Origin: a virus
Direction: 5' to 3' (one strand)
Virus record (IMG/VR): IMGVR_UViG_3300044981_000021
Span: 1-64,000 of that record
DNA length: 64,000 bases
Program-made: the position numbers and the translations under genes
The notes under the pieces: model-generated
What the model was told of the DNA's origin: nothing
The model's database searches: none
Seen by the model: only the letters and a program-made list of their open reading frames with translations
Shown: piece by piece, positions 1 to 9,338 of the stretch
How positions within the stretch are numbered: position 1 is the stretch's first letter
Layout: every line of letters starts with the position of its first letter

Positions 1-960
1 TTTGCCTTTTTGTGGTCCTAGTTTCTTAGCCCATGCAGCCATGCGGCTCAACCCATCTTCAAGCGTTACCTTGGGTTTATAGCCAAAAACCGACTCGCAT
101 TTACGATGATCGCTGATGGCGTGTGTGACTTCATTGCGCTTGTCTAGGTGGGTTACGGGAAGATTGGTTCCCATGGCTTGTTGGACCGCTTCTGCAAGCC
201 TATTAACCGAGTAGGGTATATCGGCACCTACATTAAATGTATTGTTGTATGCCGTTGTCACATTAACTGAATTGGCAATAAGCGGGGCTACGTCGGATAC
301 GTGTGTAAAAGCTCGTGTCTGTGTACCATCCCCAAAGATTGTAAGGGGTTCGTGTTTCATGCACTGATTCATAAATATTCCAACCACGTTACGGTATGGG
401 TCTGCCATGTTCTGGCGCTCTCCATAGACATTAAACGGACGGAAGACTATGTAATTCAAACCGAACATTTCGTTCGCGGCCTTAAGGTCTAGCTCTACTG
501 CAAGTTTGCTTATGCCATACGGATCACGTGGCTCAGGAAGCGTGGCTTCAGTATATGGAATTTGATTCGGGCCATAGACGGCGATGGACGATGTAAATAC
601 AAAACACTTTACCCCGCCATGATTCACGGCGGCGTTGATTAGATTGATTGAGCCGATCAAGTTATTTGTGTAGTTGTAGCGGCGAATGAAGTGAGACAAG
701 CCTTCAGCCGCGTAAGCCCCGAGATGAAAAACGTAGTCTATATGGTGCGATACGAATATCTCGGCAAGCACGCTTAGGTCGGTTATAGAGCCACGTAGAA
801 GCGTGGCACTGGGATTAACGTTGTCCGCGTATCCACCCGATAGATCGTCGAGAACTAGAACGTCGTGACCTAGTTCTATTAGCGTATCCACGACGTGACT
901 CCCTAGGAAACCGGCACCCCCGGTAACAAGTGAGCGGAAAAGTCCACGTTGTCTAATCAT
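1..960 (-). CDS. NAD-dependent epimerase/dehydratase (GalE-like), 3' end runs off the window
   Basis: Not in ORF track. Manual translation from ATG at 960 gives MIRQRGLFRSLVTGGAGFLGSHVVDTLIELGHDVLVLDDLSGG (TGGAGFLG Rossmann motif), later DPYGIAK (YxxxK). ATGA overlap with the upstream gene. Confidence 0.9.
   Translation of the reverse strand, partial: MIRQRGLFRSLVTGGAGFLGSHVVDTLIELGHDVLVLDDLSGGYADNVNPSATLLRGSITDLSVLAEIFVSHHIDYVFHLGAYAAEGLSHFIRRYNYTNNLIGSINLINAAVNHGGVKCFVFTSSIAVYGPNQIPYTEATLPEPRDPYGISKLAVELDLKAANEMFGLNYIVFRPFNVYGERQNMADPYRNVVGIFMNQCMKHEPLTIFGDGTQTRAFTHVSDVAPLIANSVNVTTAYNNTFNVGADIPYSVNRLAEAVQQAMGTNLPVTHLDKRNEVTHAISDHRKCESVFGYKPKVTLEDGLSRMAAWAKKLGPQKGK
229..241. repeat. 13-bp palindrome TACATTAAATGTA
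   Basis: Member of TACRTTNAAYGTA family. Confidence 0.85.
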
Positions 961-1442
961 TGTTGTTTTAGTCCATCCGACAAATCTAGCGCAGCGGCGT
1001 TAATTATCTTTGTACTTCTCTGTAAGTCTATATTGTCCAAATTAAGTCTGCGCGAATGAAACGACAACTCTTGCTTTCCGCTAGAACTAGAGAATAAATA
1101 TCTCCACCTTACCCTGTGCGGGCAAATCCAAGAACCAAGAGATAGCTTGGTGTCGTCTTTTATTTCTAACAATAAAGAAAACAGCCTTGGGTTAATTTGG
1201 GACTCTAGGTAACCATGCGAACAATCGCATCGTTTCGCGGCTTCATCATATTCTGGGGTATTTTCAAGTAATGATGTTGTCATTGTTTCTTCGCTTTCAA
1301 CATTTCCGTGCTCTACTCCGTGGCACCACGATATATACATCGCAATAATAATACTACGGTTGTTATCTTTCCACGATGGAGCGGCCATATCCAAAAAGTC
1401 CATAAATTCTATGTCTTTGCAAAAGTCCTCTGCTGCATTCAT
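957..1442 (-). CDS. hypothetical protein
   Basis: ORF with ATGA overlaps at both ends. Confidence 0.55.
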   Translation of the reverse strand: MNAAEDFCKDIEFMDFLDMAAPSWKDNNRSIIIAMYISWCHGVEHGNVESEETMTTSLLENTPEYDEAAKRCDCSHGYLESQINPRLFSLLLEIKDDTKLSLGSWICPHRVRWRYLFSSSSGKQELSFHSRRLNLDNIDLQRSTKIINAAALDLSDGLKQQ

Positions 1443-2794
1443 TTCTTCACGACCAAAACACCCATTCCCTGTTCCCCGGGCAATTCAAAGTTTACCACCT
1501 GCTTCTCTCCTGCAAACTTTCTATATTCTTGGCCAACTGTTAAGCTCGGGAAGTCTCCCCCACAAGATTCAAAACTTTGGCTAGGTTCTATGTCGTGACA
1601 TGCGATAAATCCTCCACTTCTAACCCAACGATAACAGTTATGAAGGTCTGCCAAAAAGCCTTCTTTGGTATGATCGCCGTCTATTAGTGCCATATCAAAT
1701 TCATTATCGGGAAACTTGGCTAGTTTGCTATCTCCACACTCAAAGGTCCAACGCGGGTGTTTCCATAATTCAGAACAATCGGCGGTGTCTATAGAATGCA
1801 GGTGACCACCATGTTCTTCTAGTCCAAGCAATATAGCCGCCGTACTTGCGCCATCCCTCACCCCAATCTCTAAGATTCTGCCATAAGCATTTTTTCTTAG
1901 CCACGGCAAATATTCTTTCATGTCGCCCTCCTTGCATCCGTTTTCGTAACGCTGAAGGATTGGATTAGGCGTAGATGTAAATTCTAATGCTCCGGCGACA
2001 GTAGAAACGTAGTCGCGCCTACTGAAAGCATCGAAGGCTTCGTATTCTAGTGATGTGCGATAGTTCTCTTTCTTGATTAAGTCTACGCAGGTTTCTACGA
2101 GTTGATCGTATCTAGCCATTTTCATATACGACAGCAAATCATCGTAGTCATGCATGTCGCTAGAAGTTTCCGACACGATACATTTCGAGTTGGCCATCCA
2201 GAACGATAGACGCTGAATGTTGGTAAGCGTTCTGCCGTCGTGGTTGATGTTGAGACAAACCTTAGAGCGCGATATCAAATTATCCCGCGATCCGCCGTAA
2301 ATGGAATCTACCGCCTCAACCTTCAACCCGGCATCGCGAAGTTCGTTGAGTATTTTCTTGCGGCGCGGAGTCAACCAGCCCGAGAAGAAAACGTCAATAT
2401 CTTGGATTGCTGCTTTGGATATTTTCGTCAGATTAGGCGTGTATCCGAACGGAACATGTTGGGCCTCGTATCCCAACCGCTTCCATTCTAGGTAGTTTTG
2501 CTTGTTATAATCCCAAACCTGTTTGCCCTTGGCTAGCCGTTTGATGTTGGGGAAACTAGGGTGTTCGGGCTGTTCGAGATTGTAAATAATCGTATTGTCG
2601 GGCAACTCTTGCTCTTTGGATAGCAGTTCAGCGCCAAAAAGGATATTCATTCCATCGGGGGAGAATGTATTTTCACGGATAACAACTTGGTGACCTAATT
2701 CCGCCAAGCTCCAACTGAGCGAATCAATCAGTTCGGCAAAACCAGAACTATGTAGGAATTGTGGAGGGCGGATAGAAGAAATATGAAACTTCAT
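1439..2794 (-). CDS. glycosyltransferase (GT-B/CgeB-like) fused to class I SAM methyltransferase (Methyltransf_24-like)
   Basis: N-terminal DVFFSGWLTPRR...SKVCLNIN...CIVSE; C-terminal ILEIGVRDGAST, IDGDHT, GGFIACHD. Confidence 0.8.
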   Translation of the reverse strand: MKFHISSIRPPQFLHSSGFAELIDSLSWSLAELGHQVVIRENTFSPDGMNILFGAELLSKEQELPDNTIIYNLEQPEHPSFPNIKRLAKGKQVWDYNKQNYLEWKRLGYEAQHVPFGYTPNLTKISKAAIQDIDVFFSGWLTPRRKKILNELRDAGLKVEAVDSIYGGSRDNLISRSKVCLNINHDGRTLTNIQRLSFWMANSKCIVSETSSDMHDYDDLLSYMKMARYDQLVETCVDLIKKENYRTSLEYEAFDAFSRRDYVSTVAGALEFTSTPNPILQRYENGCKEGDMKEYLPWLRKNAYGRILEIGVRDGASTAAILLGLEEHGGHLHSIDTADCSELWKHPRWTFECGDSKLAKFPDNEFDMALIDGDHTKEGFLADLHNCYRWVRSGGFIACHDIEPSQSFESCGGDFPSLTVGQEYRKFAGEKQVVNFELPGEQGMGVLVVKK

Positions 2795-2808
2795 GCGAAA
2801 GGATTATA

Positions 2809-3453
2809 TCAGTGGCGATAGGATTTTACATTCAAATGCCAGTGTTTGGCTCGCACGTCTGATAGGTGGACATCCCCGAACGTGTCCAGTAATTGCTGCC
2901 AAGAAATGGCGTTACATTTTAGCAGCCTAACCAACACGGTACGCCAGCCATATTGAATCTTGGTCGGCAAATCGGCGGTATCGGTGGAGATTATACTGAA
3001 CTCGGGAATGTGTCCCTTGCGGAAGCTAGCATTAGTCCATTCCTTAACTCCGTTGCGCACTAGATAGAATCCGGCACATCCCGACACGGCCTTACTATCC
3101 TCTACGATTAGATCGGGATTAAGTTTCTGAATGCGCCGCACTAGTTCAGATGAATGCATTAGCTTGCCCATCTGTTTCTCTGCATTCTTGAATGATTCCT
3201 GGTCCTCGTATCTTTGGCCATCAATCATCTTGTCGGTGTCCTCCCAGAGTTTAAGTAGTTCTTCTCTGTCTCCCGCAGGCAATAAATTCTCGCGGTGGAG
3301 CGGCTCAACGTAGGATGCCTTCATCCACGCATAGCAATCGACCGTATAGCGTTCTTTTTGCGAAGGAATTGGGGTATAGGTAGTTGCTTCGACAATCTTA
3401 CTCGCCAACGTTTGAACCGTCCAAAATCTTAGGTTTGAATCCATTGCGCCCAA
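2809..3453 (-). CDS. hypothetical protein (start uncertain)
   Basis: 214-aa ORF in operon context. Confidence 0.55.
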   Translation of the reverse strand: MGAMDSNLRFWTVQTLASKIVEATTYTPIPSQKERYTVDCYAWMKASYVEPLHRENLLPAGDREELLKLWEDTDKMIDGQRYEDQESFKNAEKQMGKLMHSSELVRRIQKLNPDLIVEDSKAVSGCAGFYLVRNGVKEWTNASFRKGHIPEFSIISTDTADLPTKIQYGWRTVLVRLLKCNAISWQQLLDTFGDVHLSDVRAKHWHLNVKSYRH

Positions 3454-4096
3454 GAACGATGCTGACTATCCCGGCTGGTCCAACCGGAATAGCGGCATAG
3501 CTTTGGTCAATCTTTTCTCCGAGATGCTGAAATACGGCCTGAATGAAAGAGCCGTGACTAACGATTACCCACGGCTTCCCGCCCATGGAGCGCATTAGAT
3601 ATTTATTGAACGCCTCTACGCATTCATCGTAGAACTCGCCATAGGATTCTCCGCCTATCGGAAGTTTGTCGGGATGATTCTTGAGGTCTAGAATATCGGC
3701 GTCTACTTCTTCTATGGGATGGTCTTCGATTTCACTGCCAAGGTGCCAAGAACGCAAATGGGGGTCCATCTCTAATTCTTCATCTTTTTCTATGGCAATC
3801 GGTAGGGCCGTTTCTTTGGTACGGTCAAGATCGTCCGTAACCACGCCGCCCACGTCAATATTCTTAAAAAAATCTGCCATCTTTTTGGCATCTTTTTTCC
3901 CTTTGTCGTTTAGGGATTGGTTTACAAGGCCACGCACTACGTGCTGCTTGTCGTTATCGACTTCACCATGGCGAACAATGTACATCACCGTAGTTCCAAG
4001 TTTCGACAGCACGGAGGTCGGTGAGTAGGAGTTTAGAATGCCGTCTACGGTCGGGGCCATGTCGGGCATTAACATGCTAGCGGGGTAGTAACTCAT
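3398..4096 (-). CDS. histidine phosphatase (phosphoglycerate mutase superfamily) with N-terminal extension
   Basis: IVRHGE motif, DLDRTKETA, GGES, VSHG. Confidence 0.9.
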   Translation of the reverse strand: MSYYPASMLMPDMAPTVDGILNSYSPTSVLSKLGTTVMYIVRHGEVDNDKQHVVRGLVNQSLNDKGKKDAKKMADFFKNIDVGGVVTDDLDRTKETALPIAIEKDEELEMDPHLRSWHLGSEIEDHPIEEVDADILDLKNHPDKLPIGGESYGEFYDECVEAFNKYLMRSMGGKPWVIVSHGSFIQAVFQHLGEKIDQSYAAIPVGPAGIVSIVLGRNGFKPKILDGSNVGE

Positions 4097-4107
4097 CTAG
4101 AAATACT

Positions 4108-4398
4108 TTAACGAAGATTAGTGAAGATTGTGCTGTGCTTGAAATAGCCCTCACGGTAGTTGGCGTGCCAATGGTCAAGCATGGCTTTTTGTTGTTCGTG
4201 ATATAGGTGGTCGGCGGTTAGATCAAGTTGGTATTCGGGGCTATGCCGAAGCCATGCGAACCATTCGTCGTTGATCCATTCATGTTTCGCGTTACTCCAC
4301 GCGGCGGTAGTAGACTTACCTCGCGGCCAATTCGCTATGGCGCTACGTGCTCCCATAACATTCTCCACATGGACCTGGGGTTGGTACAGGATAGCCAC
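4108..4398 (-). CDS. hypothetical protein
   Basis: ORF in operon context. Confidence 0.5.
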   Translation of the reverse strand: MAILYQPQVHVENVMGARSAIANWPRGKSTTAAWSNAKHEWINDEWFAWLRHSPEYQLDLTADHLYHEQQKAMLDHWHANYREGYFKHSTIFTNLR

Positions 4399-4516
4399 AA
4401 CCGCGTTCGCAAGTGTAGGGTAATCGGAAATCTTCTAAGTAGGCGATCAACTTGGGCGTCGATTACTGATTGCTCTATGGTCATTTCTTCCTTGGTCATA
4501 GAGCAATTTTACCAAA

Positions 4517-4765
4517 CTAGACGTTTGGCTTAGTTGGGTTGTAATCTTTAACGAGATAGCTTCCACTGTGTTTTGGTGGTGGTCCCCAACCTAAATCATC
4601 ATCGACTTCAATCCCCGTCTTGCGGTCGAAGGTCCAACCGCAATCAATTAAATCATCGGTGATAGATTGCACGTTTAACTGCATTGGGATTTCTCCCGCG
4701 AGCATCCTAGTTACTGTGTCGCCTGCCTTTATATCCTCAAATGTTACCGATGGCCACGTCTTCAT
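4517..4765 (-). CDS. hypothetical protein (MKTWPSVTF...)
   Basis: Start reassigned to ATG overlapping the upstream stop. Confidence 0.55.
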   Translation of the reverse strand: MKTWPSVTFEDIKAGDTVTRMLAGEIPMQLNVQSITDDLIDCGWTFDRKTGIEVDDDLGWGPPPKHSGSYLVKDYNPTKPNV

Positions 4766-4943
4766 ATCTTCCCTTTGGTTGTCTTGTAGGCGCGGACACG
4801 CCAATTCTCTACGGCTTCGATTAGCGCGTCTTCTAGGTCTTCGCAGGCATCGCAAGTTCCGTCCAGAGCGGCAACATCGTGTGCATCGCCGCAAAGATGC
4901 GCTAAGACTACGCGAATATTTTGTCGGAGCAGGGTTACGTTTT

Positions 4944-5222
4944 TCATACCACCAACCTCGTGGCTAATAGGCCAATAAACGTTCCGAGCACTTGTGCCCA
5001 CGAATCAATCCAAAACTCTGGCCATACTTGGGTGATAGTCCAGTTCTCGATCAGTTCCTTTAGGAAGGCACAGATGCATCCCAAGATGCACGGGATCAGC
5101 ATGTAGTGATGCTTGCCCATAACCCACAGCACGTAAGATAGCGTTCCCGTTGGTCCAGCGAAGCCCAGGGCGTGCAACGGAATGCGGCGAATGGCCTTCT
5201 TGATGTAGATTTCATCCTTCAT
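4944..5222 (-). CDS. small membrane protein
   Basis: Hydrophobic segments, ATGA overlaps. Confidence 0.55.
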   Translation of the reverse strand: MKDEIYIKKAIRRIPLHALGFAGPTGTLSYVLWVMGKHHYMLIPCILGCICAFLKELIENWTITQVWPEFWIDSWAQVLGTFIGLLATRLVV

Positions 5223-5626
5223 TTGTGCTTCGCAATAAAATCGTCAATCACTTGGGCTACTATTTCGGCACGTTCCTTTGGGTCGGTAGAGTTCTCGAAA
5301 TCTTCACTCAGATCGGCGTCGGGCCATGAATCAGTAAAGAATAGATCACAGGGGGCGTTTTCAAGGCCCAAAAGTTCCGTTGCCCTAACTTTAGGGGTCA
5401 AAGTGACAACGGTATTCATTCCGTCAGACAGCAAGATACACCATCCTGCAATACAGCCAACCGTGCCGCACTTCGGCGTCTCAACGCGGCCTTCGTAATC
5501 GTAAACCCCGGTCCCGGGCCTGTTGCGCACAACCCAATTACCCATAATTAGGCGATTCGGTTCTTCGAGGATGTGCTTCTTAACTTTTTCGAGCAGAGCT
5601 ACATTTAATGTACTTTTGGTTTTCAT
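5219..5626 (-). CDS. hypothetical protein, paralog of 48152..48643
   Basis: Shared EPxR-x-xM-xxW, CxTxxC(I/L)AG and LF-xxD-xW...ID-xFI motifs. Confidence 0.7.
   Translation of the reverse strand: MKTKSTLNVALLEKVKKHILEEPNRLIMGNWVVRNRPGTGVYDYEGRVETPKCGTVGCIAGWCILLSDGMNTVVTLTPKVRATELLGLENAPCDLFFTDSWPDADLSEDFENSTDPKERAEIVAQVIDDFIAKHK
5600..5612. repeat. 13-bp palindrome TACATTTAATGTA
   Basis: Family member. Confidence 0.85.
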
Positions 5627-6212
5627 GATTCCTCCCGTTATTTCGTCTCGATTGGCTTTTGCTGTCTCTTAACATAGTTGAACAATGCATTAAGCACTTC
5701 TGGCTCAAGAAAGATCGTGTTGCTTGGGCCGTAGCCGTTTTCGGTAGTCAGTACCCCTACCGATAATCGCAATCGGGAAAAGTGAGTTCAATTGCTTAAC
5801 AAACATTGCTTCGTCGAAGTCCCCGGCTACGAGATCCGAATAGAGACTCTCGACACTATAAGCAAGCGTCTTGGTTTCAATATCTGTGCGTGGTGTGTCA
5901 AGTAGGAATGGAACGAACTGTTCCCGGAAGCTCTTGAGCGTGATTTTGCCGCCCGTGTACTGAAGAATAATGTCCTGAATTTGGGTATATAAATACATGT
6001 CAAAGCCCACAAAACACGTTAGTTTAGCGCAAAAAGAGATTATTAACAAGTATTACGATGGTAACTGGGATGACCGTCGTAAATCGTTGAAAGAGGACGT
6101 TTACAGGCAAAAAGTAAACAATCCTTCTGGCCCCAAGAGCACAGTCAAAAAACGGTACATCTCGTATTCCGACGATGCTGACGAAATAGTTCTCATGCTC
6201 CGTGAGTTATAG

Positions 6213-6252
6213 CAAAGAAAACAGGCACCGACTACAACTATTTTCGGTGCCT
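6213..6252 (-). terminator. intrinsic terminator after major capsid gene
   Basis: AGGCACCGA/TCGGTGCCT stem followed by GTTTTCTTT on the minus strand, 16 nt after the capsid stop. Confidence 0.7.
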
Positions 6253-6268
6253 ATAAGTTCTTTGTTTA

Positions 6269-7887
6269 CTATGAGATGGACGCTTCCGCTTTAATTAGTC
6301 TAAAGCGGGGGTGTAACGCCGCACTCTGTGGAACACGCCATTTATTGTTGCTCGCTTTCGCGGAGTCAGTCATTTCTGCTGACTTCTTACGGTTTGCTGT
6401 TCCCGTAAGATCGGACTATCGCATCGCCTTTCGGCGTCTTCTCGCTTAGTCTCTCACGGTGCTTTCGCTTCCGCCTTGTTCCCGTCGCAGGGTTCAAGTC
6501 AATCAGAGAAGATTTTACTGCCACACTTAACTTGTAAAAATGGCAGCGTACTTGAAATTATCTTAAGTTATTTGTTATCAATGCTTTACGTGCATTGAGC
6601 TAGATCATTTCTGTCTAGCTCTGCATGTCGCCATGCAGAACGGACTATCTCTTCACCCTCGCGGGTGCTGCCTACATAGTCTCTACACGTTCCGATTTTG
6701 CATCGGCTTCGCTCGGGATTGTCCCTGTGGGAGTTTCCCCGAATTCAAGCAGTTATCGCAGCCCAATTTCTTGAGTGCGGCCCTATTTTCAGTAAGGCAC
6801 AACTTGCGCCTACAACGCGGGCTGGGTCGGCCACTGATGGCTCCCAGTTCCGCACGATCAACTGATAATTCCGCTGTTCCGGGATTTCAGTTGCGCCAAG
6901 CGACACAGAGAAAACGGCATCCTGTCCAACAACATAGGTGCCATAGCCGGTCTTGGTACCGCTTGGGAAGTTGGCGAAAGTGCTAGCCGTAGTCGTTTCA
7001 ATGAAACGTGCTCCGGCGACATCAATGACACGGTATCCTTGGACTCCGCGCATCAATTCTTCGCTTCCTTCTTTGTGGTACTTCAGGATATCAATCACGC
7101 CACCCGCAGTATTATCGTTCAAACAATCTGTTACCCCGCATTTCTGCGTGGCTACGGCGTTTCCGCGTAGCTCTGCATGTCGCCATGCAGTTCGGACTGG
7201 CTCTTGGCTTTTGGCCTCTCCTGTACAGTCTCTACACATTCCAACTTGCGTTGGCTTAGCTCGGTTTTTACTCGATGAGTGGTTAACCGAATTAGGGAGA
7301 TTACGACCCCGTGAAAGGTCGAACGCTGCGAAGGGGTGAATAATCCCGGCAAACAAGCCATCCGTCTGTGGTCTAACGTCTGCGCCACGAAGGCTCATTA
7401 CGGCCTGGCGGGTCAACGAAGCAGAAAGAAATTCGTTGTCCGTGCAGGAAATAACGATGGTGGTATCGGCGGTAGCCTCAGCTTCAAACTCGGTACGGGC
7501 CAATGTGTTTGCTGTAAGAGCAGCACGGTAGCCCATCTCGGCAGCAGTATTTTCTACGATGGGATCAATTGCTGTTTCGACCAAGATATCCGAGAAGGAG
7601 GCGAAGTCGAAATACTGGTTAGCGGCGACGTTCCTTACGGAAGTCGTAGGGTTAATCCCGGTTCCAACGGTACCTTCTGTGCCCGGCGTGGTGTTTGCAG
7701 CGAAAAGATCGTAACCATAGAGTTGAATTACTCGGCCATTACGGTCTGGAAGTTTACGGCGGCTGGTGACGGCCACAAAGGGCAAATTAGCTTTCAAGTT
7801 TTCTACGGCCACCCGGTCGTAGTAAATACTTGCAAGATGGGTAAGCCCTGCTGTGGTAGTTAAAACACTGGCTGGTTGATAGCTCAA
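6269..7887 (-). CDS. major capsid protein (N4-gp56 type), spliced: exons 7887-7316, 7123-6795, 6561-6540, 6338-6269 (330 aa)
   Basis: Capsid-like motifs (LPDRNGR, FSDILVETAIDP, IIHP, RFIETT, GQDA, DP). Removing three group I introns joins an open frame ending GASCAYNFKYAAMRVPQSAALHPRFRLIKAEASIS*. TTG start after AGGTG; lies downstream of the scaffold gene. Confidence 0.88.
6339..6539 (-). mobile_element. group I intron 3 of capsid gene (201 nt, no ORF)
   Basis: P1 CTGCCAT/GTGGCAG with U.G at the 5' splice site; P7 GAGAGACTA...ATAGTCC; terminal G. Confidence 0.85.
6562..6794 (-). mobile_element. group I intron 2 of capsid gene (233 nt, no ORF)
   Basis: P1 GCCTTA/TAGGGC with U.G; P7 GTAGAGACTA...AAGAGATAGTCC; P9 CTGCATGGCGACATGCAG; terminal G; removal restores the frame. 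Confidence 0.88.
7124..7315 (-). mobile_element. group I intron 1 of capsid gene (192 nt, in frame, stop-free)
   Basis: P1 CGACCT/GGGTCG with U.G; P7 GTAGAGACTG...CCAGTCC; P9 identical to intron 2. Splice could alternatively be 7120-7314. Confidence 0.82.
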
Positions 7888-8087
7888 TGTTTTCACCTAT
7901 TGCTGATGAGATGACAAGCCCCGGGCCGCGCTATCTGGTCTTGCGGGATCGCCGCGCACAGTAAGATTGGCTAACGTGCTTGCACTAACACTCCCAACGG
8001 GTTGCCAACTTTACGTTCACAATTATGGTCGCTATTGGTCGTAGCGTTCACTTTTATGAACCTTATCGGCCTATCCGTGTTCTAGAG

Positions 8088-9260
8088 TTACCTTCCGGCA
8101 GCGGGACCGCGCTTCAACGAGGCAGCAATGCGCTGTCGCATTTCGTGAAGCGGTAGGTTCTGCCATCCGGCGACATCGATCCCTCCCTCGGGTTCAGGCG
8201 TCGGAGGCCGCTGACCAGAGCGGTCTGAGAGCATGACGGGTGGAGGCGATACGGGCGGCACCACGGGTTGTGGTGCAACAACTTGGGGTACGGGCGTAGG
8301 CGCAACTACAACTGGGGTAGGCGCAACTATTGGCACCGTAGGCGCAACAACGGGAGCAGATTCGGGGATTGGCGCGGGTTTGTCCATAAACGCCATTCCC
8401 TGTTCGGTTAAAGTTTCAAAAGCGTATTCGAGGTTGTTTTTTGTGGTTTGTAGTGGCAGATCGTGAATCTTGCCGCAACGCTTGCAATTGAAGCCACCAT
8501 CGGTTACTGCTCGCGTACAACCAGCCAAGAAGGCGTAAATAGCGTTTCCGCTCTTGGGGGTACAGTCAAAATCGTCTATATGGTCGGCAATGAATTCGGC
8601 TTCGGCTCGTTGTGCCGCTTCTTTTTCTTGGAATTGTTGGCTAGTGTAAACGGTGCGACCCAAGGAATCAGGTTTTGTCCCCGTTTCGGCTTCGTATAAA
8701 CGTCTCCAAGCGGCAACAATATCAGTTTTTGCGAGTTCGTTAATTTCTTTGATTTCGGCTTCATTTAATGTATGTGGCTGATAAACCAACTGTTCTTGTG
8801 GTCGCGTGGTATCTGGTTTTGCCTTGGCTTTTTCCTTGAGTTGGCGAATTCGCAAAGTGGCGTTCTTTTGGGCGTCTACTAACTTGTCAATCAGCCCTTG
8901 TTGGCTGTCGGACTTGAATACTTGTGGGCCAGAGCCATCACCAAGGTCAACCTTAGCCGTAAATTCTTTGGGTGGCTCGGGAGTCGCGTTAGGAGCCACT
9001 ACGGGAGCAGGTTGCGGGGCTGGGATAGGGTCGGGCTGCGGGACAACCTGAACGGGCGCTGTTGGGGCTGTAATAGGCTCAGGCGTTAGTTCTAGCGGGA
9101 CTGGTGGGATAGGAACAGCAAAATCGTCGGTCAATTGATATGATCGAGAAATTGGCGGTTTTCCTTGCCCAGCCTCAACCGGCGGAAATCCGTAAAGTTT
9201 ATCTAGTGTCGGATCAGAAATTTGCAATTCTGTTGGTACAGGAGGAGCAGATGTGGACAT
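8088..9260 (-). CDS. putative capsid scaffolding protein (Pro-rich)
   Basis: Immediately upstream of capsid; Pro-rich arms with a coiled-coil core. Confidence 0.65.
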   Translation of the reverse strand: MSTSAPPVPTELQISDPTLDKLYGFPPVEAGQGKPPISRSYQLTDDFAVPIPPVPLELTPEPITAPTAPVQVVPQPDPIPAPQPAPVVAPNATPEPPKEFTAKVDLGDGSGPQVFKSDSQQGLIDKLVDAQKNATLRIRQLKEKAKAKPDTTRPQEQLVYQPHTLNEAEIKEINELAKTDIVAAWRRLYEAETGTKPDSLGRTVYTSQQFQEKEAAQRAEAEFIADHIDDFDCTPKSGNAIYAFLAGCTRAVTDGGFNCKRCGKIHDLPLQTTKNNLEYAFETLTEQGMAFMDKPAPIPESAPVVAPTVPIVAPTPVVVAPTPVPQVVAPQPVVPPVSPPPVMLSDRSGQRPPTPEPEGGIDVAGWQNLPLHEMRQRIAASLKRGPAAGR

Positions 9261-9338
9261 TAATGTGCCGTAATTAAAGAATCAAGAAGTTATACGAACT
9301 TATGCAACCCCGCGTCGTTTTGTGGCATCATATCAAAC

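Noticed and set aside
6745-6794. ORF-track C-terminus of the capsid (LLKIGPHSRNWAAITA)
   Set aside because: This is read-through into intron 2; the true C-terminus comes from exons 3 and 4.
7124-7315. Intein in the capsid protein
   Set aside because: No intein C-terminal HN/(C,S,T) signature; the DNA has clear group I P1/P7/P9 elements shared with introns 2 and 3.
7900-7960. Hammerhead ribozyme from CTGATGAG on the plus strand
   Set aside because: No properly placed GAAA or stems II/III, and it is antisense to the capsid mRNA.
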